64,000 bases of DNA from Myxococcota bacterium (GTDB taxonomy: Bacteria; Myxococcota; XYA12-FULL-58-9; JALHOP01): positions 1-64,000 of the forward strand of contig JBGGMJ010000099.1 in assembly GCA_041288095.1 (NCBI GenBank). The letters run 5' to 3'. Under the pieces are notes generated by a model, which ran no database searches, had not been told where the DNA came from, and saw only the letters and a program-made list of their open reading frames with translations. The translations under genes were made by a program, and so were the position numbers. This document shows, piece by piece, positions 61,334-64,000 of this stretch. Within the stretch, counting starts at the first letter, position 1. The number at the start of each line of letters is the position of its first letter.

Positions 61334-64000
61334 ATGGGCCTCGCCAAGTACCACGCCAAACGCAACTTCTCGAAGACGCCCGAGCCCAAGGGTAAGGCGC
61401 GCAAGTCCAAGCGTAAGGGGCTGCTCTACGTCATTCAGAAGCATGCGGCGTCACGCATGCACTACGATTTTCGGCTCGAGCACGATGGGGTGCTCTTGAG
61501 CTGGGCGGTACCGAAAGGCCCGAGCTTCGACACGCACGACAAGCGCCTGGCGGTGCACGTCGAGGACCACCCGATCGAATACGGTGACTTCGAGGGCATC
61601 ATCCCGCGCGGCGAATACGGCGGTGGCAGCGTCATGTTGTGGGACCGTGGCACCTGGGAACCGCTCGGCGACATCGATGCGATGTATCGCGAGGGCAAGC
61701 TCAAGTTCCTGGTGCACGGCGAGAAGCTCAAAGGGTCGTGGACCCTCGTCCGCATGGGCGGACGCGCGGGCGAGCAAGGCAAGAACTGGCTCCTCATCAA
61801 GGAGCGCGACGAGCACGTGCGTCCGATCGCGGAGCTCGATGTCGTCGAAGACGAGCCCGACAGCGTCGTGACCGGCCGCACCATGGCGCAGATCGCCGCG
61901 GATCAAGACACGGTCTGGCACAGCGGCAAGACGGTCGACGCCAAGACCATCGAGAAGAAGAAGGTGGCGCCGCCAAAACGGACCAAGGCCGCGAAGACCG
62001 TCGACGCATCCGGGCTCACCGGCGCGGTGAAAAAGGCGATGCCGTCGTTCATCCCGCCTCAGCTCGCGACCCTGAGCGAGGACGTGCCCGAAGGCGATGC
62101 CTGGCTCTACGAGCTCAAGCTCGACGGCTACCGCATGCTCTCGTTCGTCGACGACAAAGAGACGCGCGTCGTTACGCGGAAGGCCAACGACTGGACCTCG
62201 AAGTTCGCCACGGTGGCGCGGGCGGCGAGCGGAGTCGCGGGGCCGGCGGTGCTCGACGGCGAGGTTTGCATTGTCCGCAATGACGGAACGACGGATTTCC
62301 AGGCACTGCAGAACGCCCTCTCCGAGGGTCGCATGGAGAACCTCGTTTACTACGTGTTCGATATGCCGTGGTGCGCCGGCTACGACCTCACCAAGACACC
62401 GTTGCACGAGCGCAAGGAGCTGCTGCGCGAGGTGCTCGCGGCGGCACCCGAGCTCGGCACCACGTTGGTGTACGGCGAGCACATCGAGGGCCGTGGTAAC
62501 GACGTCTTCGAGCACGCCTGTCAGATGGGGATGGAAGGCATCATCGCCAAACGGCGCGACTCACCGTACCTCGGCAAGCGCACGGGCTCGTGGCTCAAGA
62601 TCAAGTGCCATCTGCGGCAAGAGCTGGTGGTTGGCGGTTATAGCGAGCCGGCCGGCACGCGTGTCGGTTTTGGCGCACTGCTGCTCGGGCACTACGACGA
62701 CGGCAAGCTGATCTACGCCGGGCGCACCGGCACGGGCTTCGACGAGAGGACGCTCGAGGCGCTGTACAAGCGTATGAAGAAGCTCGAGCGTGACGAGCCG
62801 GCGTTCGTGAACCCGCCAACGGGAGCGGAGGCTCGCGGCGTGCACTGGCTCACGCCGAGTCTCGTCGCCGAGGTGCAGTTCTCGGAGTGGACGCGGGAAG
62901 GGACGATCCGGCAGTCGGTGTTTCAGGGGCTGCGGGAGGATAAGCCGGCGGACGAGGTGAAGAGGGAGAGGGCGGAAGTGCGGCAGGGGAGTAAAAGGGC
63001 GAAGAACGAGGGCCGATCGCCGAAAGCCGAAAGCCGATCTGCGAAGGCCGATAGCCGATCACCGAAAGCCGATGGCCGAAAGCCGATGGCCGACGACCGA
63101 ATACCGAAGGCTTCGCGCAAAGACGAGAAGCCCGTCACGGTGGCGGGGATTCGCGTGACGCATCCCTCGCGCATCGTCTACCCCGAGCTCGACATCACCA
63201 AGCGCCAGCTCGTCGAATACTACGACGCCGTGGCGGACCGCATGCTTCCGTACGTCGCCCACCGTCCGCTCTCGCTGCTGCGCTGCCCCGACGGCGCCGG
63301 CTCCGCCTGCTTCTTCCAGAAGCACCTCGGCGCCCACAAGAACGAGCCGGGCCTTCACGGTATCGAGGTGAAGGACAAAGAGAACAAAGGTCTCTATGTG
63401 CTCATCAAGGATCGCGTCGGCTTGCTCATGCTGGTGCAGCTCGGCGCCATGGAGTTTCACCCCTGGGCATCACGCGACGACGAGCTCGAGCACCCCGAAT
63501 TCATGGTCTTCGATCTCGATCCCGGTGAAGGTGTCGTCTGGGATCGCATCCTCGAAGCCGCGCTGGTGTTGCGCGCCCGCCTCGAAGAGGTCGGTCTCGA
63601 CAGCTATGTCCGCACGAGCGGAGGCAAGGGCCTGCACGTTTGTGTGCCGCTCGCTCGCAAGAACGACTGGGACGAGGTGAAGGCCTTCAGCCAGGCGGTC
63701 ACCCTCGACCTCGAGCGCCGTGAGCCGCGCAAGTACATCTCGGTGATGACCAAGCGCGACCGCACCGGCAAGATCTTCGTCGACTACTTGCGCAACGGCC
63801 GGGGCGCGACCGCCGTCGCGACCTACAGCACGCGCGCCCGCGCTAGCGCGGGCATCGCGATGCCGCTCGACTGGCGCGAGCTCGACAAGATCACCGGCGG
63901 CGACATGTTCACCTTGCCGGAGATCGCGGCGCGCTTACGCAAGCCCGACCCGTGGGCCGATTTCTTCGACACCAAGCAGGCCATCACCAAGGCGATGGTG
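61334..64000 (+). CDS. ligD: NHEJ DNA ligase D (phosphoesterase, ligase and polymerase domains), running off the window end
   Basis: YHAKRNFSKTPEP, IQKHAASRMHYDFRLE, ELKLDGYR, EGIIAKR, SGGKGLH and FVDYLRNGRG, all in one frame with no stop before 64000. Confidence 0.96.
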   Translation, partial: MGLAKYHAKRNFSKTPEPKGKARKSKRKGLLYVIQKHAASRMHYDFRLEHDGVLLSWAVPKGPSFDTHDKRLAVHVEDHPIEYGDFEGIIPRGEYGGGSVMLWDRGTWEPLGDIDAMYREGKLKFLVHGEKLKGSWTLVRMGGRAGEQGKNWLLIKERDEHVRPIAELDVVEDEPDSVVTGRTMAQIAADQDTVWHSGKTVDAKTIEKKKVAPPKRTKAAKTVDASGLTGAVKKAMPSFIPPQLATLSEDVPEGDAWLYELKLDGYRMLSFVDDKETRVVTRKANDWTSKFATVARAASGVAGPAVLDGEVCIVRNDGTTDFQALQNALSEGRMENLVYYVFDMPWCAGYDLTKTPLHERKELLREVLAAAPELGTTLVYGEHIEGRGNDVFEHACQMGMEGIIAKRRDSPYLGKRTGSWLKIKCHLRQELVVGGYSEPAGTRVGFGALLLGHYDDGKLIYAGRTGTGFDERTLEALYKRMKKLERDEPAFVNPPTGAEARGVHWLTPSLVAEVQFSEWTREGTIRQSVFQGLREDKPADEVKRERAEVRQGSKRAKNEGRSPKAESRSAKADSRSPKADGRKPMADDRIPKASRKDEKPVTVAGIRVTHPSRIVYPELDITKRQLVEYYDAVADRMLPYVAHRPLSLLRCPDGAGSACFFQKHLGAHKNEPGLHGIEVKDKENKGLYVLIKDRVGLLMLVQLGAMEFHPWASRDDELEHPEFMVFDLDPGEGVVWDRILEAALVLRARLEEVGLDSYVRTSGGKGLHVCVPLARKNDWDEVKAFSQAVTLDLERREPRKYISVMTKRDRTGKIFVDYLRNGRGATAVATYSTRARASAGIAMPLDWRELDKITGGDMFTLPEIAARLRKPDPWADFFDTKQAITKAMV
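63012..63109 (+). repeat. 7-nt tandem repeat (14 units, consensus GCCGAWN) inside the ligD ligase-polymerase linker
   Basis: gccgatc gccgaaa gccgaaa gccgatc tgcgaag gccgata gccgatc accgaaa gccgatg gccgaaa gccgatg gccgacg accgaat accgaag. Confidence 0.88.

Noticed and set aside
61334..64000. ligD as a pseudogene because it is missing from the ORF track
   Set aside because: All three domains are in one frame; the ORF is absent only because its stop codon lies beyond the window.

Overview
High-GC chromosomal window, most consistent with a Myxococcota-like deltaproteobacterium (myxosortase-like CPBP protease, zinc-ribbon/TPR protein, Ser/Thr kinase with AgmX/PglI-C-like ends, FecR proteins). The housekeeping backbone is tRNA-Ser(UGA), serS, recA, dnaG-rpoD, tag, tRNA-Ile2(CAU), C4 zinc-ribbon gene, rnhA, rnpB, tatBC, deaD, an alpha-2-macroglobulin, bolA-grxD and a ligD cut by the window end. 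Between these lie orphan genes whose proteins have disordered N-terminal leaders and no Sec or Tat signal. The strongest unexplained signal is a shared bipartite upstream motif, (G/A)CAACN-N14/15-(T/C)CGATA(A/C/T), with a sigma28-like -10 element. It precedes up to seven of these genes and suggests an alternative-sigma regulon of exported, effector-like proteins. Other signals are two unrelated proteins that both end in tandem SGTGL repeats, a triplet of paralogs with an unnamed HGR domain, a roughly 155-nt rod hairpin next to tRNA-Ser, a sulfotransferase whose start codon lies in the RNase P RNA terminal helix, and in-frame 7-nt repeat arrays in dnaG and ligD. No CRISPR array, rRNA, transposase or integrase was seen. 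All calls come from reading the sequence by eye; no database search was run.
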